Virus record (IMG/VR): IMGVR_UViG_3300014205_000015
Coordinates: 13,731 to 77,730 of that record
Direction: 5' to 3' (one strand)
Length of the DNA stretch: 64,000 nucleotides
Origin: a virus
Lineage: Duplodnaviria > Caudoviricetes
The number at the start of each line of letters is the position of its first letter. The first letter of the stretch is position 1. The notes under the pieces were generated by a model, which saw only the letters and a list, made by a program, of their open reading frames with translations, made no database searches and had not been told where the DNA came from. Positions 45,801 to 53,797 of this stretch are shown here, piece after piece. A program made the position numbers and the translations under genes.

Positions 45801-47851
45801 ATCAACAGTTCTTAAATGAGGTACGAGACGCTGGGCTAGGCAAATGGCTTCGCACGGACGAGGAAGGACCAATCATCAACGAGTATGGCGAAATCATCAC
45901 GCCTATCGCAGCCGAGAGCAGTTCTGTCATGGAACCTCTAAACGGACTGCTCACTACGCCAGAAATAAAGAAAGCATTCGAGCGTTTCGATTCTCCTGGT
46001 GCCATGCCGGAGTGGCTGCGGGTGATGATGTCGGTGAATTACGCAGTCAAATACGGAAAGACCGTAGGGTCGGTAATGACGCACGTTCGTAATACTGTCT
46101 CTAACGTAGGGTTCGCAGTAGCCAACGGGCACTGGCGGCTTAGTAAGGCTGGAAGGGCGGTGTGGGGCACAGCGACAGGAACATTCCAGCTTTCTGATGC
46201 AAAGTTCCGTGAATACTACAACCGACTCGCAGAACTGGGGATTGTTGGAGAAGACGTTCGAGCTGGCGAGCTAAAGGATGCGCTGCGGGACGCTTCGCAG
46301 GCAGATATCGACGAGTTCCTGTATAACCGCGAAGCGCGCCACGCAAAGAGGTTGGTCGGCATGGGGAGGGCTGGATTCAGGTTCCTAAACTCCCTATACC
46401 AAGCCGAGGATGGCGTTTGGAAAATCTACGCATGGGAGAACGAGAAGGCTCGCTACGCCAAGGCGTATCCAGGATGGTCGGAGCAGAAGGTTGAGGAGCA
46501 CGCAGCCAATATTGTCCGAAACACCTATCCGACATACAGCAAGATCCCTGAAGCGATTAAAGCGCTTCGTCGGTTCCCGTTAGTTGGTACGTTTGTCAGC
46601 TTCCCGTCTGAGGTGGTTCGAACGACGTTCCACACTGTCGCGCTGGGCGTTGAGGAGATGCAATCGCCGGAAACACGGGCTATTGGAGCGCAAAGACTGG
46701 CTGGTACAGTGATGTCCATTGGAATACTGTCTGTGTTATCCCGCGCCATGATGGCGATGTACGGTATTGATGATGACGAGGACGAGGACTTGAGGTGGTT
46801 TGTTCCTCCGTGGCAGGAGAATAGCCGATTCGTCTACCTTAACAAGCCGCAGGACGCCACGTTCCATTTTGTAGACTTGGGCTACTCCGACCCGCACGCA
46901 TACCTCACTGACTCCGTGGTTGCGTTCATGCGAGGTGGCGACTGGAAGGACAGGCTAGGGAAAGCTACTGCGGAATTCCTTAGTCCATTTGCGTCGGAAG
47001 AGATATTAGCAAAGGCTCTAATGGACCTACGCAGTAATGCTGGCGACAAGATTTACAACACAAGGGATGAGATTGGGGAGCAGGCTAAGGATATTGTTGC
47101 GCATCTGTGGACCAGTGCTCTGGAACCAGGGACCGTTTCATCGGTGCGTCGAATCGTAACAGCCATAGGAGGAACTGACCCATCCAAGAGCGTGCGGGAT
47201 GAAGTTTTAGCCGTCGCGACTGGGCAGCGACTACAGAAAGTCGATGTCGAGCATTCTCTTGGATTCCGTGCCAGGGACTTCGGTAAGACGCTGACTCAGA
47301 TTCAAGGTATTGCCCGCAAGACTGTCACCTCGCGCGGAACAGCCACCGGCGCAATGGTCGCAACTGACTTGGCCCGCATGGAGAGGCTGCGGCTTGCGGC
47401 GTTTTCGGAAATGCAGCAGATCGCTGGGGCAGCGAGACGACTGGGTGTACCAGAGGAGTCTATTCGGACGATGTTGACTGCGGAACTGCCGGACGATGTT
47501 GCGGAACAGTTGATGACGGGTGACTATTCATCCTACGAGATGACGCCCGAGACAGTGCGACAGATGATGGACGCGAAGCCGGAGGAATTTATGCAACGTT
47601 TCTCCGCATGGCACGGACAACGGACGCCAGAGGCGATACGGTCATACGTTGGCCAGAGGCTTGCAAATAGCGAGCCAGCTGATATTAAGGGCGAACTGGA
47701 TTTGCTGGGAATTACGCTTGAGGAGTGCAAGCAGGCACTGAAGGATTACTGGAAGTTTCGAGAGTGGCCGATAAGTGAAAAAGGCATAATGGTAGACGCT
47801 TTGCAGAAAAGGTTTCGGAAACTGGAGGCACTTTACAAAACCGAGAACTAA
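39803..47851 (+). CDS. giant (2682-aa) multi-domain internal virion / large polyvalent-type protein
   Basis: Size, position, N-terminal hydrophobic Ala/Gly helices, helical C-terminal region. Confidence 0.75.
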   Translation: MGTITDRIRRLGRQDAAPSEDGAGIGQIDEREQAIIDRYTSAAPGVSFLQKAARGSAKLEIDTRRQQRAYAEKPTSPLAAITVDPAREMVANLGDRAKVLDTYRKLSPEQRQEALSLAPGIAQQLGDDRGGVVGRTLGAVSRGISHGVSQPLAELVGLGGTPEEIEYIRQLDAAASQEFSPARPGDPWYERGPLQAVEMAPWMATVVGGAGVGRAAATGIAGRLGMAARGTAAAAKTGELAGITTAAFPGQYAQEVDQLKELGMEDGTNLRLLAGGTAAIAGLIEGIVPNPFKAGPVPLTEGAVKAARQYLWEAAKRAPGEMSEEYLQGVTSGLGSHVAQYLDENAEDRSIADAFQTGWEQAKEAALPMAFLLGVPAVGGAGLSAARARRLTRLQEVLAKGPVSRKAGRELGIEGNQDERTAIAAAEKAQLEQEAAQVSATPPLTQGPTDASQVPADEARNDVQGDGGEGSQVDSGSEVYQPGQEQGVSQPESKEPEAQEVQVAPWQQTPSEYVAGETDADAVAVRRASHPQAVKRALTEGEQVPRAVLDAYANNTWAKKAIERLYPNEPGQLPTEPEAAATPPVAPATEVSQQPSEGSVSTIVDKAEKLPVPATPEQAEPAAVPGSRFAGKSDKELASIQQMYEDNIKTKKAKNEKVSPEWERGLDEVRALRAGADPQTEIVTDTSVYGHPQNPSSREGHQNLIPIKFGADADLAWRWDEIQKRAAVLMAEIGDAQNRALRGKTPAIRKKASDELKSANHSDKEQELKDLKEAQAYLNELSKKQSGLTKKQAVETGKPSTAGLSEEVIGSPPVSPDALGETPETSMGKAVGNELPSEARAEETEPQQPDSKWQSETRTLLEAVPALKGANVEPDEKAGTVKVTRPDGLSTTIHFNADKELAEAAKSKLRNPESIHGWYVRKPGEAEGRIYVRSDANHSNILNHEVMHWLEDEGVVTKEEVEKYGGREAIAEKYGKWAELKKRKKDSVFQRIYDTLEPVFSAQRRFFEDVSKRQAAEKPSEKRRGPKDQPGARRMEPTEEGRPADGKPIMPGDRFLTNTGRETTPYPKYSGATNRQVINAEKKSQLWLIENAIAEAESRGDDFNLTTFRGELEDARKGKLPPASKDSATLYVFGEDIPKVPKPFLKEPGAKPLSSATEQARENLRRRGKRKPSQAELDAETASVIREREADNKVRQDFQSDRDAQKAQEARREFVGKQKAAANPATVDSLGYGDIAQVNDDIERGRVSYEDAIKVADAFVEAGYLPQLRRDQIRKPTQASANQVNVDSGSESKVKPAEDRVKNFTQDLPSLTPEGKATGKQVGNKPKPKPELAPDTARIQAEREAREQAKAGKKQRVAPEGYAALPEMTRAKFETAWDGSDQQAMKDLLHLPNKSLRAEFERRTERKLPRTIKGTSEVVEQVYAARAKPSEAVGVEAEPKNEETQPAPVSVKADFIELKGQNATGVKQTIRVIAGERTLLMERSKHDSEWSIREGTKYTGAIKGKTPVKTGGEILASGIGETKRAKEVAQQIIDGTFDKDADSLFVREDTRNIGLPNAKLAAAIKDYQIARRGSFAKLLREERLYTDGRLLMKVNDKDRDAILKGIGETDEGREMGVVAQMMVDGKKALSRSANAMKPIGYRGGNLTTRTVVLQSQDGDAVTLDKSLHDTVLKKHPDAVPYFREEGRPVSYASNDDVVAIVMPMNMDKPDAKLKELVAGKYDFEAEAAVEDETGDGEGGAEFGKDVGSTLGITSGVPLAGPHRGMGRSVRHFFQRFFTSQGELPADVYDAKVRKEGRAAKEMNRLRNRATDLRRGIKKALNGRELTQADIERMNAVLRGEKAMTTVPVAVRAPLKAMRDHIDSLSSHLILEGVAQGDLVGIITESMGVYATRSYRVFDNPKWRDQVPSAVRNRAVAAIRALDPSKSDAEVAGILESLLFRGAADTPVALLKGSKLGSKDLSTFIARKDIPEWLRDLWGEYKDAGVNYARSVFKMAHLLANQQFLNEVRDAGLGKWLRTDEEGPIINEYGEIITPIAAESSSVMEPLNGLLTTPEIKKAFERFDSPGAMPEWLRVMMSVNYAVKYGKTVGSVMTHVRNTVSNVGFAVANGHWRLSKAGRAVWGTATGTFQLSDAKFREYYNRLAELGIVGEDVRAGELKDALRDASQADIDEFLYNREARHAKRLVGMGRAGFRFLNSLYQAEDGVWKIYAWENEKARYAKAYPGWSEQKVEEHAANIVRNTYPTYSKIPEAIKALRRFPLVGTFVSFPSEVVRTTFHTVALGVEEMQSPETRAIGAQRLAGTVMSIGILSVLSRAMMAMYGIDDDEDEDLRWFVPPWQENSRFVYLNKPQDATFHFVDLGYSDPHAYLTDSVVAFMRGGDWKDRLGKATAEFLSPFASEEILAKALMDLRSNAGDKIYNTRDEIGEQAKDIVAHLWTSALEPGTVSSVRRIVTAIGGTDPSKSVRDEVLAVATGQRLQKVDVEHSLGFRARDFGKTLTQIQGIARKTVTSRGTATGAMVATDLARMERLRLAAFSEMQQIAGAARRLGVPEESIRTMLTAELPDDVAEQLMTGDYSSYEMTPETVRQMMDAKPEEFMQRFSAWHGQRTPEAIRSYVGQRLANSEPADIKGELDLLGITLEECKQALKDYWKFREWPISEKGIMVDALQKRFRKLEALYKTEN

Positions 47852-47853
47852 CC

Positions 47854-48039
47854 ATGAAAGACTCTGACCACCCAATCTGGCCGCTAATCCGCATGTCCCT
47901 GATTCTCGGGACGTTGATATTCGTCCTGTGGATGAACGCCTCGCATTTTGACGACACCGAGATTAAGACCATCCTGACCATGTTCCTAGCATTGCTGGGG
48001 GCAGAGGGTCTAGCTAAGACGTTCGCCGGCAAGTCCTAG
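47854..48039 (+). CDS. small two-TM membrane protein (holin-like candidate)
   Basis: Two hydrophobic segments in 61 aa at the end of the structural operon. Confidence 0.5.
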   Translation: MKDSDHPIWPLIRMSLILGTLIFVLWMNASHFDDTEIKTILTMFLALLGAEGLAKTFAGKS

Positions 48040-48104
48040 ACTCTATTGCCTAGCCAGTCAAAACGGTTAGTATAGACGTGGCGTTCTGGCACGAACGCTA
48101 AGTT

Positions 48105-48145
48105 AGCCTCCCAGCGACCGGGTAATTCGTTGGGAGGCTTTTTTG
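48105..48145 (+). terminator. Rho-independent terminator
   Basis: AGCCTCCCAGCGA / TCGTTGGGAGGCT stem followed by TTTTTT. Confidence 0.85.
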
Positions 48146-48183
48146 CATAAATAAGGAATTTTGCTTTTTTGGGTCAATGCCTA

Positions 48184-48212
48184 TTGATTCCCAATTTGCA
48201 CGTTGTTATGAT
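48184..48212 (+). promoter_or_regulatory. sigma70-like promoter for the recombination/replication operon (TTGATT-17 nt-TATGAT)
   Basis: Near-consensus; upstream of ATG 48258. Confidence 0.7.
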
Positions 48213-48257
48213 GGCTCCCGGTTAGCGAACATTACCCATATCTAGTTAGGAGCTACC

Positions 48258-48953
48258 ATGTCGAGTGCCGACGACAGGAATTCTACTGCTATCCCAGCAG
48301 AGCTAATCCAGGGAACGCCAGAGTGGTATGCCGTGCGCTGTGGCAAGATTACAGCTAGCTGCTTCGGGAAGCTAGCTGGACAAGGGCGGTCTGGTGGAGG
48401 CTTTACCCAGACAGCGATTACCTACATGACGCAGGTATTGGCTGAACGGATTACTGGGAAGCCACAGGACGAAATCTCTTCGAAGTATCTGGACCACGGC
48501 AATCAGCACGAGCCTACAGCACGGCAGTTGTACCAGTGGCATCTCAGCGCCAGACAGGAACTCAAGCAAGTGGGCTTCGTGGACCATCCGACGATTCCAT
48601 TCTGCGGTGGTTCACCAGACTGTTTGATTGGCGACGACGGGTTATTGGAAATCAAGTGCCCGTACAACGTCCACAACCATTTGGCGAACATCGAGAGCGA
48701 CGGAACGAGCGACCGTGATTACATCTGGCAGATGCAGGGCAATCTGTGGATTACGGGGCGCAAGTGGTGTGACTTTGTTTCGTTCCATCCCTTCGTACCA
48801 GAGTCACTGCGGTTTCATGTGGTGCGGTACGAGCGGGACGAGGATGTTATCGATGAGATTGAGGAACGGATTCCAAGAGCGCTAGAGCAGGTGGAGATTC
48901 GAGTGAAGAACATCGAGCAGCGAGTAAGACTGTCAGTGGAGGGTGGTAAATGA
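48258..48953 (+). CDS. YqaJ / lambda-exonuclease family protein
   Basis: QGTPEW...KITAS, HGNQHEP, GGSPD, LEIKCP, WQMQGNL. Confidence 0.92.
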   Translation: MSSADDRNSTAIPAELIQGTPEWYAVRCGKITASCFGKLAGQGRSGGGFTQTAITYMTQVLAERITGKPQDEISSKYLDHGNQHEPTARQLYQWHLSARQELKQVGFVDHPTIPFCGGSPDCLIGDDGLLEIKCPYNVHNHLANIESDGTSDRDYIWQMQGNLWITGRKWCDFVSFHPFVPESLRFHVVRYERDEDVIDEIEERIPRALEQVEIRVKNIEQRVRLSVEGGK

Positions 48954-49180
48954 GTAATCACGAAGCATTCATAACCGGCTCGCATGCTTACGGCACTCCA
49001 ACGGACGAGAGCGACATTGACTTAGTTGTTTGGGTTGGAGGCGATGCAAAAACGCTTCTCGCAAAGGAAGGCTACCCGATTCGCTTCGGAAATCTCAATT
49101 TAATCCTGGTTGACAGCGAGGAGCAATGGACTGCATGGGAAGCGGGGACGAACGCACTAAAGAGGATTGCTCCTGTATAA
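48950..49180 (+). CDS. minimal nucleotidyltransferase-like protein (possibly truncated)
   Basis: ITGSHAYG...SDIDLVV motif. Confidence 0.65.
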   Translation: MSNHEAFITGSHAYGTPTDESDIDLVVWVGGDAKTLLAKEGYPIRFGNLNLILVDSEEQWTAWEAGTNALKRIAPV

Positions 49181-49295
49181 AGAGACGCAGCCGTAGCGTT
49201 TTTCATCGAACTCGGTGTTATTCAAGGCTTACAACCAAGCAAACCAAAATCGCAATTAATCGCTGAAGGCGAAATGGAAGGGACAATGAATCATT

Positions 49296-49976
49296 ATGAG
49301 TAAAGATACCGAGCTAGCAGCAGAAACTAGTGCTGAAGGCAAAGAGAACCTGAAGCTCTGGAGGTCTGTGGAGAAAACGCCACCAGACATGACAAAGAAT
49401 GTCAGCTTTGGCAAGCGGCATTACACCACGGTCGACCCGCAGTGGCAAATGCGAGTGGCTACAGCCTTGTGGGGACCGTATGGCGCGAGATGGGGCATGC
49501 GCAACCTGGACTGGAAGATTGTGGAAACCCAAGAAAAGGATGCACAGGGGCAATACCAGTCCAGCGCTATCATCATCAAGGCGGAATTCTTCTATCCACT
49601 CGACGGCGAAGAAGTGTCGTTCGAGATACTGAACGATGACCGCTTCAAGGCGGATGATGAGACGCTGAAGAAGCTGGTAACGAATACCCGCTCTAAGGCG
49701 CTCAGTTGGCTCGGGTTCTCCGCTGACGTGTTCCTGGGCAAGTTTGACGACACAACTTACGTCAAGGATTTACAGACGAAGTTTGGCGAGCAGGACGCAT
49801 TCATGAACACTATAGCCACTGCGATTCGGACAGCGAAGGATATGGCTGCGCTAACCAAGTGCAAGGAGCGACTGGAGGAAATCATTGCGGATAACACTCT
49901 TGATAATGTGGAAGCGGCTCAGGAGTTGATGGAGTTGGTTGCGGAACGTAAACGAGAACTAAAGACATCGGAGTGA
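49296..49976 (+). CDS. Rad52/Sak-like single-strand annealing protein
   Basis: VEKTPP...TTVDPQWQ...WGPYG...KALSWLGFSADVFLGKFD; adjacent to the exonuclease. Confidence 0.6.
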   Translation: MSKDTELAAETSAEGKENLKLWRSVEKTPPDMTKNVSFGKRHYTTVDPQWQMRVATALWGPYGARWGMRNLDWKIVETQEKDAQGQYQSSAIIIKAEFFYPLDGEEVSFEILNDDRFKADDETLKKLVTNTRSKALSWLGFSADVFLGKFDDTTYVKDLQTKFGEQDAFMNTIATAIRTAKDMAALTKCKERLEEIIADNTLDNVEAAQELMELVAERKRELKTSE

Positions 49977-49979
49977 ACC

Positions 49980-50204
49980 ATGATGGCAGGAAAATTCCGC
50001 GAATACAACTGGCGAGACATTCAGCGATTGATATTTGAGGACGCTGGATTAAAGACAGAGGTTGAAATGAGAACTCGCGGTGAGATGTGGCATGTCGGAG
50101 GGTTCGTCTCTCCGGCGCATGAGCGAGATACGTGCATCCGAGTGCAGGTATTCGACAAGCCGTTTGCGGAGCGCATAGAAGACCACGCAGGCGAAAAGCA
50201 ATAG
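49980..50204 (+). CDS. hypothetical protein
   Basis: 74-aa ORF in operon. Confidence 0.55.
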   Translation: MMAGKFREYNWRDIQRLIFEDAGLKTEVEMRTRGEMWHVGGFVSPAHERDTCIRVQVFDKPFAERIEDHAGEKQ

Positions 50205-50249
50205 CGATTACTTATTCATTTAGAACTATCAGATAGGAAAGCAAGAGAA

Positions 50250-51638
50250 ATGAAAATCATTAGCTACGAAGCACACAACGTACTTGGCGTAAAAGACATC
50301 CGATTCGACATGGAGGGACGCCACCTGTTCCTGGTCGGCGGGAAGAATGGGCAAGGAAAAACGTCGGCACTGACGGCGCTCGTCATGACGCTCTGCGGGA
50401 AGTCTGGCATGGGAACCAAGGACTATCCAGCCATCGCACTGCGCGACGGACAGAAGAAAGGTAAGGTTACGATTGAACTGACTGGTTCCGCTGAGTTAGC
50501 CGAGGACACAGGGCTGACCGCCGAACTGTCATTGCGCCGTAAAGCCAGCGGTGTGGTCGTCGAGGAGTTCCGACTGCTGGATTCAACGGGCGCTGAAGCC
50601 CCAGAGCCACGCAAGACGCTCCAGAGGCTATTCCAGCTAAAAGCGTTCGACCCCTTGGAGTTCGAGCGCATGAAGCCCAAGGAGAAGGCTAGCTGCGTAC
50701 AGCAGATGCTTGGACTGGACCTGTCGAAGTATGACAAAGAGCACAAGGAAGTCTTTGAGGAGCGGACTATTTGCGCCAGATACGGCAAGAAGCTAGCGGC
50801 TCAGCTGGAAGGCATGGAGAAGCACAAGGACGCACCTCAAGAGGAGGTTAAGGTTGCGGACCTGATGGCTGAGGTGGATAAGCTCCAGGAAGAGAACAAG
50901 GCGAGAGACGCGGTGGACAGGTTGGCTGACGACCTGAAAGAGAGCCAGGTAAAGCTGACGGCTGAGGCGGACTTCCTGGTTGATAAGATTGCCGGTCTGC
51001 AAAAGCAATTGGAGGAAACCAGGGAACTGATTGCCTCTGCTGAAAAGGGCGAAAAGGAAGCTCGCAAGCAACTAGAGAAGCTACGGGACCGCACACCGGA
51101 CATCACAGCAGTCAAGGAGAAGATTGCCAGCGCCGACGCTACCAACCGCAAAGTACGCGAGAATCAAGCCTACGACAAGCTAGCCAAGGAAGTGAAGGAT
51201 TCCCGAGGGAAGTGGCAGGAGCTAACTGATAGGCTGAAGGAAATAGCCGAGGAACGTGCCGAGGAAGTGGTAAATGCCGACTGGCCAATCCCTGGCATGG
51301 AACTCCAAGAGGACGGCTTGGTATGGAATGGACTACCGTTCGAGCAGGCGAGCACCAGTCAGCGCATAATGGCGTCTGTAGCGGTAGGGATGCGACTGAA
51401 TCCAGAGCTACGGCTGTTGGTCTGTGAACATGGCAGCGACCTGGACCTGGATACGCTCAACGCGCTAGATGCTGTCTTGAAAGAACGGGACTTCCAAATG
51501 GTCTGTGAGGTGGTTTGTCGCTCAAATGAGGACGAGGAGCGCTGTGCCGTAGTTGTTCAAGATGGGCGATTAAAGGGTGCCGCGCAAAGCGAAGAAGACG
51601 AGGAAGACGAAGATTCAGAGGATGAGCAACAGGAGTAA
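50250..51638 (+). CDS. SMC/Rad50-like coiled-coil ATPase
   Basis: GKNGQGKTS Walker A, long coiled coil, ASTSQ signature, degenerate Walker B. Confidence 0.85.
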   Translation: MKIISYEAHNVLGVKDIRFDMEGRHLFLVGGKNGQGKTSALTALVMTLCGKSGMGTKDYPAIALRDGQKKGKVTIELTGSAELAEDTGLTAELSLRRKASGVVVEEFRLLDSTGAEAPEPRKTLQRLFQLKAFDPLEFERMKPKEKASCVQQMLGLDLSKYDKEHKEVFEERTICARYGKKLAAQLEGMEKHKDAPQEEVKVADLMAEVDKLQEENKARDAVDRLADDLKESQVKLTAEADFLVDKIAGLQKQLEETRELIASAEKGEKEARKQLEKLRDRTPDITAVKEKIASADATNRKVRENQAYDKLAKEVKDSRGKWQELTDRLKEIAEERAEEVVNADWPIPGMELQEDGLVWNGLPFEQASTSQRIMASVAVGMRLNPELRLLVCEHGSDLDLDTLNALDAVLKERDFQMVCEVVCRSNEDEERCAVVVQDGRLKGAAQSEEDEEDEDSEDEQQE

Positions 51639-51733
51639 CAACAGGACGCCCATTGCAAGGTTGCAGTAGCCCGCAACGGAAGGCGAAGCATGGATGGTTT
51701 TAATTCTTTGCTCTCACTAGCGATAGGTTTGAT

Positions 51734-52027
51734 ATGACAATTGCACGAATACTGTTAGCGATGATTCCCGTGGCGCTTGTTAGCGTAATCGTAGCGACCA
51801 ACTCAGCTTTAGTGCTTGGATTCCTAGACGCTTGGAAGTTTGTTGGTCGGGTGATTGGACTGGAATTCGCCATGACAGAGTTCGGGCCTACTACACTACC
51901 TCCGTTCCTTTATGCGATTGGTATTGGGTTTGGCGCACTTAGTATCGTTATTTCGTGCGTTGCAGCCATTATTTCCTTTGGAATTGTGTGGGGTAAGTGC
52001 GGTCCCAAGAAACGTGATAGCGAGTGA
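51734..52027 (+). CDS. membrane protein
   Basis: Two to three hydrophobic segments. Confidence 0.6.
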   Translation: MTIARILLAMIPVALVSVIVATNSALVLGFLDAWKFVGRVIGLEFAMTEFGPTTLPPFLYAIGIGFGALSIVISCVAAIISFGIVWGKCGPKKRDSE

Positions 52028-52407
52028 GAACTATGAGCATGGCAAGACTTGAAGCGATGGTGAAGCGTTCCAGAATGCCGGGTGAGTGCAGCCTAAAGGC
52101 GTGCGCTGCGATAGACGCGAGGATTGGCGAACTACACGCGGAGATGGAACCGTTCAAGCGTGAAGTCCGAGAACTGGAGCAACTACGGAAGAAAGCGACT
52201 ACACCGAAGTGCTCTCTATTGAAGCCGCTGGTTGCGCCCAAGGAAGGACTAGAGCCTGTAGCTGTGTTCGATGGCGACGGCGTGTTGTTTTATTGGTGCG
52301 ACGAGTACGACGATGAAATGGTCGAGTTTGCAGAGTGGCCGGTAGACCGTGAATACGTCTGGACATCTGACCTTGAAGAACTTGGGTTCCGAGTAGAAAC
52401 GGCATAG
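52024..52407 (+). CDS. hypothetical protein
   Basis: 127-aa ORF with a coiled-coil N-terminus. Confidence 0.6.
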   Translation: MRTMSMARLEAMVKRSRMPGECSLKACAAIDARIGELHAEMEPFKREVRELEQLRKKATTPKCSLLKPLVAPKEGLEPVAVFDGDGVLFYWCDEYDDEMVEFAEWPVDREYVWTSDLEELGFRVETA

Positions 52408-52409
52408 AC

Positions 52410-53135
52410 ATGACTAGCGAAGCACAACAATCAATTACTACCAGACCAATACTGTTTTCTGGTCCGATGGTTAGAGCGATACTTGAAGGGCGTAAGACGC
52501 AGACGCGACGGATTGTTACTGACAAGCATTTCAAAAGGCTTGGGCTGGAAAGAGACGGCGATTTCATCTACACAACTGATGGACCGCTGTGGAACGGCGA
52601 ATTCGAGGGCGGGCGAGTCCCGTGGTGCCCATACGGAACAGTTGGCGACAGACTCTGGGTGAGAGAGACGTGGGCGCGAGTCAATTCCGAATGCGGACCC
52701 GGCTTTGCATACAAGGCGGATTCCGCGTTTATCCAGCCAGAATTTGACGGCAAGAACTTTGGGGCAGGACCATCGTTCAACTACGAAAAGTATCCCGGCG
52801 ACTATTGCATGTGGTACTCGGATTTAGTTGGCGGTGCCGATGCCAGCGAGGGATACCGATGGACGCCAAGTATCCACATGCCGCGCTGGGCTAGTCGCAT
52901 CACGCTTGAGATTACCGGAGTGCGCGTTGAACGATTGAATGAGATTAGCGAGGAAGATGCAATCGCAGAGGGCGTGGTGTTTGGTACGGGTAAGCCAAAT
53001 GAATGTAGGACGTGCGCCAAGGGAGCTTTCATGGACCTGTGGAATGCAATCAATGGCGCAGATTCCTGGATGGAAAACCCTTGGGTCTGGCGCATTGCGT
53101 TCAAGGTAATCAAGTCACAATCAACAGGAGCATAG
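52410..53135 (+). CDS. ASCH/PUA-like phage protein
   Basis: RPILFSGPMVRAILEGRKTQTRR...PSIHMPRWASRITLEITGVRVERL. Confidence 0.8.
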   Translation: MTSEAQQSITTRPILFSGPMVRAILEGRKTQTRRIVTDKHFKRLGLERDGDFIYTTDGPLWNGEFEGGRVPWCPYGTVGDRLWVRETWARVNSECGPGFAYKADSAFIQPEFDGKNFGAGPSFNYEKYPGDYCMWYSDLVGGADASEGYRWTPSIHMPRWASRITLEITGVRVERLNEISEEDAIAEGVVFGTGKPNECRTCAKGAFMDLWNAINGADSWMENPWVWRIAFKVIKSQSTGA

Positions 53136-53140
53136 AAAAC

Positions 53141-53797
53141 ATGAGTGTTAACGACAGATTGATAAAATCCGAGCTAGCCAGGCATGAAGCGGTGATTGAG
53201 CGCGGCATGAGGACAACCATCGAAGTCGGGCTGTCGATGAAAGCCATTCGCGACGAAAAGCTGTATGAGGGGGCGTACAAGACCTTCGAGAACTATGCCA
53301 GCGAGCGATGGGGGTACGGTAAATCCAGAGCATATCAGCTAATCGAGGCTGCCGAGGTTGACGCCAATTTGTCCACAATTGTGGACATTGACCGACCTCA
53401 GAACGAAGGACAATTGCGAGAAGTAGCCAAAGCCCCCCCCGAGAAGCGGGCAGAAGTGGTCAAGAAGGTAGTTGAGACGGCTGCCAAGGAGAACCGGAAG
53501 CCAACAGCCAAGGATTATAAGCAGGTAGTTGCCGAGCTGGTATGGGAGGATGTCGAGGCAGAGGATGGCGGCGAAACCACTGAAGCTGAAGAAAAACCAG
53601 CGCCAAAGCCATCGAGGGGAAAGCCTGTGCAGTCGTCCGCTCAGTTTTGCGACCAAGTAACCAAGCAGCATATTGGACCGCTGGCGCGTGACCTACTGAA
53701 GCTGGCAAAGATGACCGGAGGACAGGACGGGCAATACGAAACGGCAGCGGGTCACCTGGATGAAGTACTCCAGTACGTGAAAGAGAAGCGGAAATGA
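53141..53797 (+). CDS. HTH DNA-binding protein (ParB/KfrA-like HTH region)
   Basis: EVGLSMKAIRDEKLY...TFENYASERWG..KSRAYQLIEAA; contains a copy of the 18-bp palindrome (STIVD). Confidence 0.75.
   Translation: MSVNDRLIKSELARHEAVIERGMRTTIEVGLSMKAIRDEKLYEGAYKTFENYASERWGYGKSRAYQLIEAAEVDANLSTIVDIDRPQNEGQLREVAKAPPEKRAEVVKKVVETAAKENRKPTAKDYKQVVAELVWEDVEAEDGGETTEAEEKPAPKPSRGKPVQSSAQFCDQVTKQHIGPLARDLLKLAKMTGGQDGQYETAAGHLDEVLQYVKEKRK

Noticed and set aside
13737-49180. Genome-wide TAA reassignment suggested by two in-frame TAAs
   Set aside because: Many clear genes (capsid, primase neighbours, scaffold) end properly at TAA, and no UUA-anticodon tRNA is present
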